DNA of 64,000 bases. Source: Escherichia phage CJ20. The notes beneath the pieces are model-generated. The model had not been told where the DNA came from. It saw nothing but the letters and a program-made list of their open reading frames with translations, and did not search any database. Within the stretch, counting starts at the first letter, position 1. Each line of letters begins with the position of its first letter. The stretch lies in sequence record MT533174.1. One strand, given 5' to 3'. Shown here piece by piece: positions 1-13,089 of this stretch. The translations under genes were made by a program, and so were the position numbers.

Positions 1-1537
1 GAGCCTCTTTGGACTCCAATTCAATTTGCTTAGCTTCTTGATTAATTTCTTCATCAGACATCTGGAGGAAATCCTTCATAGCCGTTTGATGCGAAATATA
101 TTTACCGATAAACGGTTCAGCCATCGTTAGCATATTGATTCTGCGTTCCATGATTTCTGCATCTTTCATTTCGGTGAAATAGCTATCACGGTTGAACGTA
201 ACTTTAATATTATTTAGTTCCTTGTCCCATTCCTCTTCTGAAATAACTTTTTTCAGGATAAGGTTTGTTTTAAGCGGGTCGAGGAAAACTTCTTCAAATT
301 TATTCTGTAGCTGCCTAATCCATTTAGCGAAATTCAATTCATCACGAGTAATTGTCGCGCCTGCATCAAACATAACGCCACTGTTTTGGTCATTAGGGAT
401 ACGAGATAATGGAATTCGGAGAGCCTGATATAGGTTGTTCTTAAACCAACGAACATCGTCCATATCCGACATGCCTTGTGCACCCGGGAGTGTATCAACT
501 TCAGTGACTGCTTTACCATCACGACGTTGCAACCAATAGTCTTCTGTCATTGACATGTTGTGCTGTTGGTTTTTGATTTTACCCGTGGTTGCATCATATA
601 CGACACGGTTTTTCATCGTGTTCATAATATGTTGCATATGTGCTGCTGCTTTACGAGACGGCATATTCCCGGTATCGATATAAAAGACTCGGCGGTCTGG
701 AGCACGAGTTATACGATAAATGACTAAAGCATCTTCTAATAGTTTTAATTGGTTTGCAGGTTTAATTGCTCGTTGCAAGTATCCGATGATATTCTTGCCA
801 CAACAATCGAGTAATCCAGAATGCGCATATACAATCGCCGCGCGAGGAATTTTTATTTTAGTACCTGCTTCATATATACGACCATCGGCACAATAACTTT
901 CATGGCCAGTATCGTATACAAAATATTCTCTGTAACCGTCGACAATTTTTGTACCATTTTCCATGCGTGTAACGATTTCACGGATGAACTGGATTTGTCT
1001 TGGGTCAAGGCGACGAAGTTCTTGAACTCCATCTTTAAGTTTTGATGGGTTGATAATTTTGTGGAAGAAAATTCGAGAATCCACATACCAACGTTTAAAA
1101 TGGTCAGAACCTTTACGCTCGAAATTAAGGAGGTTATTGACTTCCAAAAATTCTTCGAGGATTCGGTCTTTAATTTTCTGACTAAATTCGGTAGCATCAA
1201 GGTTAAGAGATACAACATCTTTACCGTCTTCAAAAACGATAGCATCAGACACAATTTCTTGCACCGCGTTATCAACTTCATAATTATTTAGTAGGTTGCG
1301 GTAAGTGTCAATTAATTCCCTGGTATTTTTTACTTCAGGTTCATTGCTCCCGAACATCTGTTGCATCAATGCATTATACGGGACGTTTTGTTCTTGTGAC
1401 TCAATTTCGCGAGCCCCATCATCAAACTTCGGCCCGGTCATTGACTCTAAATTATTTTTTTCTTGTTGCTTATATTCTTGTTCATCTTCTTTAGCCCAAG
1501 GCTTAAGAAAATTTAGTATTGTGTTAAAACCTGCCAT
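1..1537 (-). CDS. 20: portal vertex protein, T4 gp20-like (3' end of gene lies beyond window start)
   Basis: Reverse-strand ATG at 1535-1537 preceded by GGAG; translation [24 protein letters not shown]... stays open to position 1, where it reads ...[19 protein letters not shown]; both ends resemble T4 gp20 as I recall it; lies downstream of gene 19 as in T4. Absent from the ORF track because no stop codon falls inside the window. Confidence 0.88.
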   Translation of the reverse strand, partial: MAGFNTILNFLKPWAKEDEQEYKQQEKNNLESMTGPKFDDGAREIESQEQNVPYNALMQQMFGSNEPEVKNTRELIDTYRNLLNNYEVDNAVQEIVSDAIVFEDGKDVVSLNLDATEFSQKIKDRILEEFLEVNNLLNFERKGSDHFKRWYVDSRIFFHKIINPSKLKDGVQELRRLDPRQIQFIREIVTRMENGTKIVDGYREYFVYDTGHESYCADGRIYEAGTKIKIPRAAIVYAHSGLLDCCGKNIIGYLQRAIKPANQLKLLEDALVIYRITRAPDRRVFYIDTGNMPSRKAAAHMQHIMNTMKNRVVYDATTGKIKNQQHNMSMTEDYWLQRRDGKAVTEVDTLPGAQGMSDMDDVRWFKNNLYQALRIPLSRIPNDQNSGVMFDAGATITRDELNFAKWIRQLQNKFEEVFLDPLKTNLILKKVISEEEWDKELNNIKVTFNRDSYFTEMKDAEIMERRINMLTMAEPFIGKYISHQTAMKDFLQMSDEEINQEAKQIELESKEA

Positions 1538-1585
1538 TAGAGTCTCCGAAGTTTGGGAAATGAGGCCGAAGCCTCATAATAACTT

Positions 1586-1593
1586 TATTTATA
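1586..1593 (-). promoter_or_regulatory. T4-type late promoter (TATAAATA) upstream of gene 20
   Basis: Plus strand reads TATTTATA, i.e. TATAAATA on the minus strand, about 50 nt upstream of the gene 20 start; a GC hairpin (tgaggccgaagcctca, 1561-1576) lies between promoter and start. Confidence 0.6.
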
Positions 1594-1594
1594 C

Positions 1595-2086
1595 TTATTC
1601 CCACCAGTCAATTGCGAACGTTGCTTCGAACGTTTCAATTTCGTTGTTCGAATCCCAATCCATCTGGACTTCCCCAACGTTGGTTGGCCACATGCCGGTA
1701 ATAACAACTTCTTTCGTAACAGTTTTGCCATCACGATGGAACTGGCGGACAGTAGCAGTTTTCTTATAATCAGCAGGAGCTGCACCGGTAATTTCGTTAG
1801 TCATACCGTGACACAGATTTTGCCAATCAACAATTGCTTGACGAACTTTATGAGCATCGTCGTTATAAATCGTAATAGTCCAGTCATCAAATGTACGGTC
1901 ACCCGCTACGTTGATTTTACGGTTCATGTAACCGACCGGAACTTTTTCTACAATGCCTGCTGGCATCGGGGCTGCTTTACAATGGAAAGCAAAGTTTTTA
2001 CCCAGGAATGGGATTTCGACTTCGAACAGGTTAGGGCGAGCAAAGTCGCCGGATTCGAAAGCGCGTGTGATATCGGTCAACTCCAT
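1595..2086 (-). CDS. 19: tail tube protein, T4 gp19-like
   Basis: 163 codons from the internal ATG at 2084-2086 (MELTDITRAFESGDFARPNLFEVEI...); near-identical in my recall to T4 gp19 (163 aa); RBS GAGG upstream. The ORF-track N-terminal extension to 2137 is rejected. Confidence 0.9.
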   Translation of the reverse strand: MELTDITRAFESGDFARPNLFEVEIPFLGKNFAFHCKAAPMPAGIVEKVPVGYMNRKINVAGDRTFDDWTITIYNDDAHKVRQAIVDWQNLCHGMTNEITGAAPADYKKTATVRQFHRDGKTVTKEVVITGMWPTNVGEVQMDWDSNNEIETFEATFAIDWWE

Positions 2087-2138
2087 TAAGGAATCCTCTT
2101 TATAGACACAGGTCGCGCGAACGCGTCCCTGATGCATG

Positions 2139-2146
2139 TATTTATA
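2139..2146 (-). promoter_or_regulatory. T4-type late promoter (TATAAATA) upstream of gene 19
   Basis: Plus strand TATTTATA at 2139-2146, 53 nt upstream of the gene 19 ATG. Confidence 0.6.
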
Positions 2147-2225
2147 CTAGGTAATATGATTCATCATCTCAAGATAATGGCTTCCCAGAATCAACCACAG
2201 GAGTCCGTAGAACCGATTATGCTTT

Positions 2226-2233
2226 TATTTATA
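2226..2233 (-). promoter_or_regulatory. second TATAAATA late-promoter motif in the 18-19 intergenic region
   Basis: Plus strand TATTTATA at 2226-2233 between the gene 18 stop and gene 19. Confidence 0.4.
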
Positions 2234-2290
2234 ACACTGTATAATGGTTCTACGGTTTCTAACTGATTAATTCATTCTAAGCGATGATAA

Positions 2291-4270
2291 TTATTGTGGT
2301 CCAATCAACTCATCGAAATCAGCACCCGTGCTTGTTGCCACGAAGTTAAGAGTGATGTAGTTGATGCTGCGCGCAGGTTTGAAATAAATGCTAGCAACAA
2401 ACTCATTTCGGTCTATGACCGACGGGGTGTTGTTAGTAGTATCACAAACCACACGACCTTCATAAATGCCACCGAGCGCACGAATACCATCTAAGTATTG
2501 AGAAGTTTCCATACGGAATGATGCGCGAGTAAAGTTATCGTTAAGCTCAAACAGTTTATATTTGGATGCGTCACCGATATTTTTCTTCAGCATATTCGTA
2601 AGACGGCGAACGTTGATATGGTCCATCGGAGATGGAACTTTAGTTGCAGTCTTATCACCATACAGAACAAAACCATCACCACCTGCGAAACCAACAACCG
2701 GGTTGATAGCTTCCTGATACATGCGGTCACGTTGGGTCTGACGTGGTTCAACAGCCAATTTCAGAACATTCAGAATCTGACCACGGTTATAGCCGGCCGG
2801 AGACATCCAAGGCTGAGAAACATCATCAGTACGAGCACACAGACCAGCCATATCAGCTGCCAGAGGAACCCAACGGTTAACGTCGTTATATTTATCATAC
2901 TGATATTTATAGTTGCCATCAATCGCTGCATAAGTCGTGCTGATATTCATGTTATCAGTATCAAATGCACCACTACCTGTACGCCAGTCAATCAGGTTAT
3001 CCACTGCACGGGTCAGAGGAACGTTAACCAACAGACCTTTCGGCGGAGAGATAAATGCCAAGCAATCCTGACGTTCGTCAGCGATAGAAACTACGTGCTT
3101 CTGAACAGTGGAAGCGGTTGCATCACCTTCACCAGCACAAGCACCAGCGATAAGCAGGTTAATATGTAGTGCTTCACGGTCAGCAAACAGGTCCCAACCT
3201 TGCATCAAATCACCAGCGGTAACTTGGTCGTTTGCAGAAATACCGCCCATCAGATTGATGATGCCTGCAAAACCTTTTGGCCAGTTCAGAGAAGTTGCAT
3301 AGATGTAATTGGAAGTACCTTTTGCAAAGTAGTCATCCAGATAAATGTTGTTGCCGTAAACGTCTTTATCGCCTTCTTTAGTTGACAGAACAACGTTTTC
3401 AACGATAGCACCATCACGGCGAACGATGATTGCATACTGGTCATCAGACTGTGGACCATAGTTAAACACCGCACGAGCTACAGAAGCACGGGAACCACCA
3501 TTTGGATAGATGTCAAGCATCTTCGAAGCGCCAGCATCATAAGCAGCTTTGGAAACGATTTCAACTTCGAGAGTCGAGCCGATTTCACCAGGATAAAGAG
3601 CAACAACACCTGGCATTGCATATTTCTGCAGGGAAGCCTGGAATTCCAGAGAGGTAATAGCTTCTTCACTATTTTCCGCTTCAGTCAACAGGATACCAGA
3701 ATCGGTAACAATTTTCCCGATGGTAATCGTACCAGACACACCTGAAGAAGTGGTCAGGATTTCAGCAGTCCAAGCCGGGCCTAAAGCAGGATACTGGTTT
3801 ACAGATTTTGCAAAGGCAATAATTTTGTCAGACGGAATGAAGACCGCAAGGATTTTCCCGTCAACGTCTACCTTGGTGATACGGCCGGCGGTTTCAACAA
3901 CAGTCTGGTTGTGTTTAACCTGGATAACGTCACCGACTGCATAGTTAGAACCAGCTGTAGCGATTGTACTTTCGATGTTCCCTGCTACCGGGGATGCGTT
4001 TTTAGCGTGGTCGCGGTTAACTACACGAACAGTACGCAGGTCATTACCATATTGAAGGAAGTTCATTCCACTCATAAAGTAGTCAGCCGTGATATTGTTC
4101 GGGCCACCAAACAAATCAACAAGTTCTACTTCGTTTGTAATCTGAGTTACCTGGAAAGCTGGGCCCCACTGGAATTTACCAACCAGCGCCGCACGACCCG
4201 TCGCGTTACGAACAACAGTGCTTTGGACCGTTGTTTCTTTGAGCTCAATGCCCGGGGATAATAAAGCCAT
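2291..4270 (-). CDS. 18: tail sheath protein, T4 gp18-like
   Basis: 659-aa ORF, same length as T4 gp18; MALLSPGIELKETTVQSTVV... and long internal stretches (VSQPWMSPAGYNRGQILNV, YITLNFVATSTGADFDEL) match my recall of T4 gp18. Confidence 0.95.
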   Translation of the reverse strand: MALLSPGIELKETTVQSTVVRNATGRAALVGKFQWGPAFQVTQITNEVELVDLFGGPNNITADYFMSGMNFLQYGNDLRTVRVVNRDHAKNASPVAGNIESTIATAGSNYAVGDVIQVKHNQTVVETAGRITKVDVDGKILAVFIPSDKIIAFAKSVNQYPALGPAWTAEILTTSSGVSGTITIGKIVTDSGILLTEAENSEEAITSLEFQASLQKYAMPGVVALYPGEIGSTLEVEIVSKAAYDAGASKMLDIYPNGGSRASVARAVFNYGPQSDDQYAIIVRRDGAIVENVVLSTKEGDKDVYGNNIYLDDYFAKGTSNYIYATSLNWPKGFAGIINLMGGISANDQVTAGDLMQGWDLFADREALHINLLIAGACAGEGDATASTVQKHVVSIADERQDCLAFISPPKGLLVNVPLTRAVDNLIDWRTGSGAFDTDNMNISTTYAAIDGNYKYQYDKYNDVNRWVPLAADMAGLCARTDDVSQPWMSPAGYNRGQILNVLKLAVEPRQTQRDRMYQEAINPVVGFAGGDGFVLYGDKTATKVPSPMDHINVRRLTNMLKKNIGDASKYKLFELNDNFTRASFRMETSQYLDGIRALGGIYEGRVVCDTTNNTPSVIDRNEFVASIYFKPARSINYITLNFVATSTGADFDELIGPQ

Positions 4271-4299
4271 TTTGAGTCCTCTAATAGTTTGCTTTACTT

Positions 4300-6606
<2,307 letters not shown>

Positions 6607-6610
<4 letters not shown>

Positions 6611-7482
6611 AATGATACCCTATTTTTTCTTGGCGCTGGAGGTGCTGGGTCAACCGGTACAGGAATATCCTGCGAGTATGTTTGAACGGATTCACCTTGC
6701 CAGTCTTCTTGGTCGACATCTCGCGGAACGGCTTCCGAGTCAACAGATTCGAAATTACCTTCCGGCGCAAGCTCTCTGGAATTTGCAAAGAAGTCAAGAT
6801 AGATAGTACGGATTTCTCCGGCCACTTCTTTAACCGGTGGATATAGCCAACCGTTGACTTCGAACATAATGGACCATTCAAGTCTACGACGGGTCATTGC
6901 ATCACCTTCAATTTGCTCATCCATAGCAATGGACTGAAGCACGATTCTTATATCACGTTCGAATGTAATTTCATTCGTGTAGAGTTCGGTGATAGTTGTA
7001 TTAAAATGTGGCTGGAAGTAAGGCATGATTTGTTCGATAATCTGGAACATATCATCTTGATGCCTTGTATATATTCCAAGCTCAAAAATCATTTTGACCG
7101 GCACCGGAGAATATTGAGATATCTGCTTGCGAGGGTCGTTATTAGCAAATCGCGCCTGTGTGTGATTCTGGAGAGCCGTTTTATATTGCCCGTTATACAT
7201 CAAGTCAACAAGATGTAAGTTCATACGGGGCAGTACGGTCTCGATTTTAGCCTTCTGAGCAGCACGTTCTTGTGGTGACATGTCAGGAGTCGGTGTATTC
7301 TGAATTGCGGTCCATTTTCCAAGCTGCATCATGAATTTTTCTTTTGATGCGTAGGAAATAGGGACCTTAATATATTTAAGTCCAGTGTCTTCTCTGGTTC
7401 TGGCCACTTGTACATGGGAAAATAAATCGCCCATTAAAACGATATAGCGACGCAGAGACGAATTATAAAAATGCCCAAACAA
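6607..7482 (-). CDS. 15: tail sheath stabiliser / tail terminator, T4 gp15-like
   Basis: 291-aa [24 protein letters not shown]... resembling the T4 gp15 N-terminus; the conserved first codon is TTG (plus strand CAA at 7480-7482) with GGAGG 8 nt upstream. Confidence 0.85.
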
Positions 7483-7525
7483 AGTAACCTCCGGGCGCCC
7501 AGTTCGGGCGCATTAATAAATGTAT

Positions 7526-8311
7526 TTATTCATCAAAGAAACTATCGTCAAAGCTATCCTGTTTTGCCTTAGGCGGTGACTCAAGCCCACGACCATTCTG
7601 CACAAAATATGGTTTAACATATTCAGCTGCTTCTGCGTTAATCTCATCAGATTCTGCATAAGGAATATCACTGATATCTGTAAGGCCATCGATATTGTGG
7701 ATTGGTTGCAAATCGAGCTCACTGAATTCTGGAATATTAATACCTTCATTTCGTTGCAATTCGGGTTTAAGCTCTTCTCCGGAGTAAATGTATTTGCTCG
7801 CGGTGATTTTACGGATGGCGTTTTGACCTACCTGATAGAACGGGTCATAAGGCTGTACCCAGGTTATTTCGAACAGACTGTTATCGAGAGGGAAATAAAT
7901 CAAATCCCCTGCAATAGGTTCGGTGCCGTTGCATTGATGTTTAAACAGATTAGGGTTAATCGACACTGTGATTTCATCATTCACAGTCATACCAAATTTA
8001 CTGAAGATGGAACCATCACCCTGATAAGCATCGAACGTATCCAGATAACCAGCAAATTTCCATGCTTTATCAAATTTACTCTGGAGGTCTTCACCGAATA
8101 ACAAATCTGGTTTAACGAATTGTCTTGGGATGTAATAGAGAGACATCCCGCGCATCTGAATACTTTCAGCAACAATAGCATCGGCTAAAGTCTGGGTATT
8201 TTCATGATGCATAAAGTTTACATAAGGGTTCAATATCTCTGTAGCATTGGTATTGTCATACCCGGTCCCGTCTTCGAGCCGAGCGAATAAGTTCGCGTCA
8301 TATGTAGCCAT
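7526..8311 (-). CDS. 14: neck protein, T4 gp14-like
   Basis: 261-aa [21 protein letters not shown]...; position and size match T4 gp14 (256 aa); start shares a base with the gene 13 stop (TAATG). Confidence 0.85.
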   Translation of the reverse strand: MATYDANLFARLEDGTGYDNTNATEILNPYVNFMHHENTQTLADAIVAESIQMRGMSLYYIPRQFVKPDLLFGEDLQSKFDKAWKFAGYLDTFDAYQGDGSIFSKFGMTVNDEITVSINPNLFKHQCNGTEPIAGDLIYFPLDNSLFEITWVQPYDPFYQVGQNAIRKITASKYIYSGEELKPELQRNEGINIPEFSELDLQPIHNIDGLTDISDIPYAESDEINAEAAEYVKPYFVQNGRGLESPPKAKQDSFDDSFFDE

Positions 8312-9249
8312 TAGCCCACCAATATAGGAGTCGGTGCATCCAGCAGGTCAAGTTCTTCGCGAAGACGTTCTTTTTCCATACGAGCTTCTTCAATTAAACG
8401 AACACCATCAACCGTGGTACCACCCGGCATCATCATTCCCTGGTGCTTTGCCAATACGTTGCCGTTAACTTCCTTAACAAGCGCCGTGGCATAGTCTTTC
8501 ACCCAACGGTTGTTGTATGCACCATCTTGAAGTCCAAGGTCCTCACCAGCTCTCATGCCGCTTATTCTGCGTGCAGGGTTATCCCACTGCGCACCAGTGT
8601 TCCACGGATTATCACAATCACCAGAAGCATAACCATAACCCGCCGTATTGCTGGCCATTGCATCAACACCATTAAAGGATTTGGTGTAAACTTCAATTAC
8701 AATCACATCTCCCTGGCGGAAGTTGCCCATAATTTTAAGTTGTTCAGTATCGTCATTATACCAGTAATCTGGAAGCGGAACCATCAGGTCTTGCATCATC
8801 GAACGATATTGCATAAGCTGTGTAAAATAACCAAGGTCTGCACCAAAGGCATTTGGGCCAAAGCTATTACAAGAACTCCCCATTCCACCGTTAATCCCGG
8901 CAAGCCCCAGAACGAAATCTGTGAACCATGGGTATGTTGCCTGACCATCCATCGAAGTTAATGAACCGACGTTGGTACGAATAATCTGTGTTACTGCAAA
9001 AATATTACGACCTTTTAAATCGAAAACACCATCACGGAATTTCTGTTGTGAAACTTCATCATGGCCAATATAAAAAGCCTGATAGCCTTTGTTGTAACCA
9101 TTATAATGATATTCACCATATAATTCTAATGCGCGCTGGATACAATCATAAACCTGTTCGGTCGTGACTTCGATATTCGTGATTGGGGCGCCAAGACGAC
9201 GAAGGATTGCATCTTTTAATTGTTTCGGGTTGTATGATTCAGTTGCCAT
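8311..9249 (-). CDS. 13: neck protein, T4 gp13-like
   Basis: 312-aa ORF between wac and gene 14; size and synteny as T4 gp13 (309 aa). Confidence 0.82.
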   Translation of the reverse strand: MATESYNPKQLKDAILRRLGAPITNIEVTTEQVYDCIQRALELYGEYHYNGYNKGYQAFYIGHDEVSQQKFRDGVFDLKGRNIFAVTQIIRTNVGSLTSMDGQATYPWFTDFVLGLAGINGGMGSSCNSFGPNAFGADLGYFTQLMQYRSMMQDLMVPLPDYWYNDDTEQLKIMGNFRQGDVIVIEVYTKSFNGVDAMASNTAGYGYASGDCDNPWNTGAQWDNPARRISGMRAGEDLGLQDGAYNNRWVKDYATALVKEVNGNVLAKHQGMMMPGGTTVDGVRLIEEARMEKERLREELDLLDAPTPILVG

Positions 9250-9267
9250 ATGTTTTCCTCTTTACTG

Positions 9268-9275
9268 TATTTATA
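9268..9275 (-). promoter_or_regulatory. T4-type late promoter (TATAAATA) upstream of gene 13
   Basis: Plus strand TATTTATA at 9268-9275, 19 nt upstream of the gene 13 ATG. Confidence 0.65.
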
Positions 9276-9277
9276 CG

Positions 9278-9296
9278 AAAAAAGGGCCGAAGCCCT
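9278..9296 (-). terminator. rho-independent terminator after wac (hairpin usable in both directions)
   Basis: GGGC-CGAA-GCCC hairpin at 9284-9295, followed on the minus strand by a U-run (plus-strand A-run 9278-9283); located between the wac stop and the gene 13 late promoter. Confidence 0.6.
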
Positions 9297-9301
9297 TTTG
9301 T

Positions 9302-10879
9302 TTATGGTCCAACAGTCACGAATGTCGACAAAAGAACCCATGCATTATCAACAAGCACGTAAGGGAGTCCGTCAGCCGCAGGAGCGACAGGAGGCCTTTT
9401 GGCGAGCTCTGTTTCTAAGGCTGATACTTTACCTTCAAGTTCAGTTATCTTCGTCTCGGCTCCACTGGTGCGCGATTCGATACCATCCACACGTGATACT
9501 AGAGCAGGAATATCACCACCTACGATTTCGGCCCAAGCACCGTCCTGGCGCCCGTAAATCTTCGTATCAGATGGAGCGTCACTAAGCTTAGTCGGCATTT
9601 CATTTACCAGGCCTTCAACAGTCGGGAGAATACCTTTTTCAGCAACAGTCGAACCGTTTGGGTTAGTCCCTTCGATTTGTGATTTAATCGTCAGGATAGA
9701 ACCTTTAAGACCAGATTGGTTGTTACCAATTTCTGCCTGAATATCCTGAATAGCCGCGGCATTTGCGCGACTAGAAGTTTCGACTTCACGCATACGCGGA
9801 ATCAAGGAAGTTGGTGCCGGACTATCACTAATACCCACTGCAACGTTAAGGGCTACAACTTGTCCCTGTAAACCACTGCTTGTATTTTCTCCGATAACAA
9901 CATGAACACCTGTCATGTCATCACGCAACGTTTTTAGACGACCATTAATGGAAGTCGGTTTGGCATCAGTACCAATATCTGTTTCAACTTTCGACAATCT
10001 TGTATTCATACCAGAAGTGGTATTTTCTAAATTTGTTGCCTTGGTTTCCAGAGTCCCGACACGGTTTGCGATACTTTGACCTTGGCCAAAACCAATTGCG
10101 GTTTTGATATTCCCTATATCAGTTTCATTAGTTCCGGCTTTAGCTTCGACTGCAGTTAAACGAGTATAAACAGGAGATTTACCAATACCTTCAGTGCGAG
10201 GACCAAGTTCTTCGCGCATCTCATTTAATTTAATCGCGAGGCCACCAACATCCGAATCATTATAATTATCTTCGAGAATAGTAAGACGACGTTGCGTGGT
10301 TGCAATTGCCGTACTATTATCGATGATAATACGTTTCATCCCGGTGGCATCATTGGTTTCGCCTTCAGGCAACGGGTCGCCATTGATATCTTGGTTTGCA
10401 TAATGACCCATTTCACGCTTAATACGGTTAATATTGGCACGAACGGTCAAATATGGTCCATCTTCCAGTGGGTTATAATAACCAACATCTTCCTGTAATT
10501 CACCGAGATTTGTGCTGGTATCAAGTAAAGCAATATCAGTTTCGGCTAAACCAGTCTGGAGGCTTACAATATTAATACGGTTAGTTTCAATCTGTTGAAT
10601 AACGCTTGCATCTGTAGAAATATCCAGAGCTTCTTTAATCTGGTTAACGCTATCGACAATTTCGTTTACTTTGTCTTTAGTGGTCGCGTCATTCTTTTCC
10701 AGAGTTTCAACGTTGGTCTGTACACCCAAAGCTGCAGCATTAAGGGCACCATCGTGCCCATATTTGGTAGTGGCTGCAGTTAAGCAATCACCATTGCGAA
10801 TCCATTCAATTCGTTTTTGGTTAGCTTCTGGCACACCATCGACAAACGGAAGATTCACTAATTCTAATTTGTTAATCAT
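9302..10879 (-). CDS. wac: fibritin (whisker antigen control), T4 wac-like
   Basis: 525-aa coiled-coil protein; N-terminus ...LPFVDGVPEANQKRIEWIRNG... and foldon-like C-terminus ...GLPYVLVDNAWVLLSTF resemble T4 fibritin; synteny 12-wac-13. Confidence 0.9.
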   Translation of the reverse strand: MINKLELVNLPFVDGVPEANQKRIEWIRNGDCLTAATTKYGHDGALNAAALGVQTNVETLEKNDATTKDKVNEIVDSVNQIKEALDISTDASVIQQIETNRINIVSLQTGLAETDIALLDTSTNLGELQEDVGYYNPLEDGPYLTVRANINRIKREMGHYANQDINGDPLPEGETNDATGMKRIIIDNSTAIATTQRRLTILEDNYNDSDVGGLAIKLNEMREELGPRTEGIGKSPVYTRLTAVEAKAGTNETDIGNIKTAIGFGQGQSIANRVGTLETKATNLENTTSGMNTRLSKVETDIGTDAKPTSINGRLKTLRDDMTGVHVVIGENTSSGLQGQVVALNVAVGISDSPAPTSLIPRMREVETSSRANAAAIQDIQAEIGNNQSGLKGSILTIKSQIEGTNPNGSTVAEKGILPTVEGLVNEMPTKLSDAPSDTKIYGRQDGAWAEIVGGDIPALVSRVDGIESRTSGAETKITELEGKVSALETELAKRPPVAPAADGLPYVLVDNAWVLLSTFVTVGP

Positions 10880-10888
10880 TTTTATTCC

Positions 10889-12424
10889 TTATCTGACCTT
10901 AATAATAAAAAGAATAGACATGGACCATGGGCGGCTTTCATTACCTATCAGACCTTCGCTGTTTAATGTAGTTCGAGAATCACGACTGCCATCGCCATCG
11001 ACTTCATAACCTTCGTTCGTAAAATAAGAACGGTTATCCCAGTCCAAACCTTTACGAGTGCCTGCATAGTTTGAACGAGCTGTGTTACCAAATGCACCAG
11101 CATTATCATGTTCACCAAAACCACCGGCGTGCTTGTGGAAACGGAGTTGTTGTGCCTGTACTGTACCGTGACCATATGAACCAACACCTTGACCCAATTT
11201 AGGTTTTTGTTTGGAATCATTTCCTTTGGCGTTTCTTATATTAATGTTTGTTTCCCATTCCTTCATAGCACCATCGTTAGAGCTGTTGGAACCACGAGGA
11301 AACAATCCACGAAAATCTGGCTTATTACCAGTTGCGCCCCATTTACCACCAACGACATTTCGGAAACCAGCATCACCGACATTACCGCCGTCACAAATTT
11401 CCCAACCAGAAGGAATATTACCAGTTTGACCGCCCCACATAATAATAGTTCCGATTGGCACACTATCTTTTAGTTCGTTACGGGTTACAACATCCTGACC
11501 ATTTCTGCGTAAAGTTCCATTAACGTTAAGAGTTCCATTAATTGTACCGCCCCCAGTCGAAATGACGTTTGCATTATATGCAAGAGCTGTATTACCATCA
11601 CCTGAGCCAACGGTAGTTGTTAATTTAACAACACCAAGGCGACCAGTTGTGCCAGTTCTGGATAAAAGAGTGGACGGAGATAATGCAATATTCGAGTTAC
11701 TTCCCGCAGCTGCCTCGGACGGAGTTGCCAGACGAATAAGACCATTTTGGCTTTGCGTAGAAACGAGTTGTTTCAAGCCAAGCGGAGAAACTGCAACGCC
11801 ATCATTCATTGTCCCCTGCTGAACTTCCGCCGGAGTTGCAATTTTAACAATCCCTTGAACAGTGGTTGTTGCGGTGCTATAAGTTGGAAGTGCAGCCGTG
11901 GCTTTACCGATTGCTAATGAAACCTTCAGAGGAGTCATAGCTGTTGTATCATCAGTTCCGGCTAGCGCAGCCGGTTGGGTTGAAATCTTAATTACACCAT
12001 TGCGGTCTTCAGTAGAAGTGCGAGTATTAAATGTATTATCAATGGATGCTTTAAGACTTGACGGGACAATAGCTGCATCGGTTACTGTACCATCAATAGC
12101 TTCTGCATTGGTTGCGTAACGGGTAATACCAACATATGTTTCGGTAGCTTGTGTCGGGATAGTCAGTCGAGCTTTAAGAGTTTCTGGAGTTACTGCTGTA
12201 TTATTACCGAGACCATCAATAACTTCTTGTTCAGTTGCCAGTCGAATAATACCTGGGACTGCAACAGTTGCTTCTGGGATAAATCCATCAATAGCAATAG
12301 GAGCCAAAGCCCCTAATGCATCTTGAACGTTTGTTACTGTCGGCGAGAATGAAGTTCCCGCCGGGTCAAATGTTTTATATTCGGATTTATCGCTAATATG
12401 TTTTAGCGTGTTAGTCGTTGTCAT
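10889..12424 (-). CDS. 12: short tail fibre protein, T4 gp12-like
   Basis: 511-aa ORF; C-terminal region ...HKHAGGFGEHDNAGAFGNTARSNYAGTRKGLDWDNRSYFTNEGYE... closely matches my recall of T4 gp12. Confidence 0.9.
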   Translation of the reverse strand: MTTTNTLKHISDKSEYKTFDPAGTSFSPTVTNVQDALGALAPIAIDGFIPEATVAVPGIIRLATEQEVIDGLGNNTAVTPETLKARLTIPTQATETYVGITRYATNAEAIDGTVTDAAIVPSSLKASIDNTFNTRTSTEDRNGVIKISTQPAALAGTDDTTAMTPLKVSLAIGKATAALPTYSTATTTVQGIVKIATPAEVQQGTMNDGVAVSPLGLKQLVSTQSQNGLIRLATPSEAAAGSNSNIALSPSTLLSRTGTTGRLGVVKLTTTVGSGDGNTALAYNANVISTGGGTINGTLNVNGTLRRNGQDVVTRNELKDSVPIGTIIMWGGQTGNIPSGWEICDGGNVGDAGFRNVVGGKWGATGNKPDFRGLFPRGSNSSNDGAMKEWETNINIRNAKGNDSKQKPKLGQGVGSYGHGTVQAQQLRFHKHAGGFGEHDNAGAFGNTARSNYAGTRKGLDWDNRSYFTNEGYEVDGDGSRDSRTTLNSEGLIGNESRPWSMSILFIIKVR

Positions 12425-13089
12425 TAGTAGACTCGCTTATAGTGATAAAGAGATGTTGGACCATTAACCGAACCACCTTGCAATACTACATCTTGTGCGC
12501 CAAGATATTCCCATTGGCCATAACCAGAGCGGGGTTGCTGAACAATAGTCTGTTCCATAACACATCCATATTGGGTCGTAGGAGCAAAGATGTGATTCTG
12601 ATAGTCGTTATATGTAATATTTAATATAGACTGGTCCAGTGCATCGATAGCAGTCGCAGAAATAATCATTCCCTGGGAAATTGCAGTCAAAAGAACGTCA
12701 TTGACTTTCGATGCAACCAGCACGCTCGAGTCGCCGACAATAACTTCTACCGGGAAACCGAATACTTTAATAAGAACCGTTTCGCCAAGGTTTTCGCCAG
12801 AAATAGACCCAGTGAACTTAATTTTATCAGACTGACTAATAAATCCAGGGGCGGTATTCTCATGACGAGTAATTATCGAACCAACAGGAAGTTCTGCACG
12901 AAATGCAATATCATCAATTGCACTTTGGACTGTTGGATAGAATACACCATCATTTGTCTGGTTAGCAGACGGGCCACCGATATAGCGGTTACCCGCTACA
13001 GCAGTGGAATCAGTAGTTGTATAATCAAACTGGAGGTAACCAGCATGGCGGGATATTACACCCGCCTTTTTATTTGTCAACGTAGTCAT
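12424..13089 (-). CDS. 11: baseplate wedge / short tail fibre attachment protein, T4 gp11-like
   Basis: 221 codons from the ATG at 13087-13089 (MTTLTNKKAGVISRHAGYL..., cf. T4 gp11 MSLLNNKAGVISR); start overlaps the gene 10 stop as TAATG; the ORF-track TTG extension to 13107 is rejected. Confidence 0.85.
   Translation of the reverse strand: MTTLTNKKAGVISRHAGYLQFDYTTTDSTAVAGNRYIGGPSANQTNDGVFYPTVQSAIDDIAFRAELPVGSIITRHENTAPGFISQSDKIKFTGSISGENLGETVLIKVFGFPVEVIVGDSSVLVASKVNDVLLTAISQGMIISATAIDALDQSILNITYNDYQNHIFAPTTQYGCVMEQTIVQQPRSGYGQWEYLGAQDVVLQGGSVNGPTSLYHYKRVY

Noticed and set aside
192-1785. ORF-track ORFs on both strands inside the gene 20 region (for example 853-1281 minus, 1305-1769 plus)
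   Set aside because: The genuine gene 20 frame (minus strand, phase fixed by the ATG at 1537) reads through this whole interval without stops and matches T4 gp20; these are shadow ORFs in other frames.
2087-2137. N-terminal extension of the gene 19 ORF (MHQGRVRATCVYKEDSL)
   Set aside because: The internal ATG at 2086 gives exactly the T4 gp19 length and N-terminus and has an RBS; the extension would overlap the late promoter.
7483-7525. Late promoter upstream of gene 15, and similar TATTTATT motifs elsewhere
   Set aside because: The motif there is AATAAATA/TATTTATT, one mismatch from TATAAATA; T4 late promoters are strict in this octamer, so it was not annotated.
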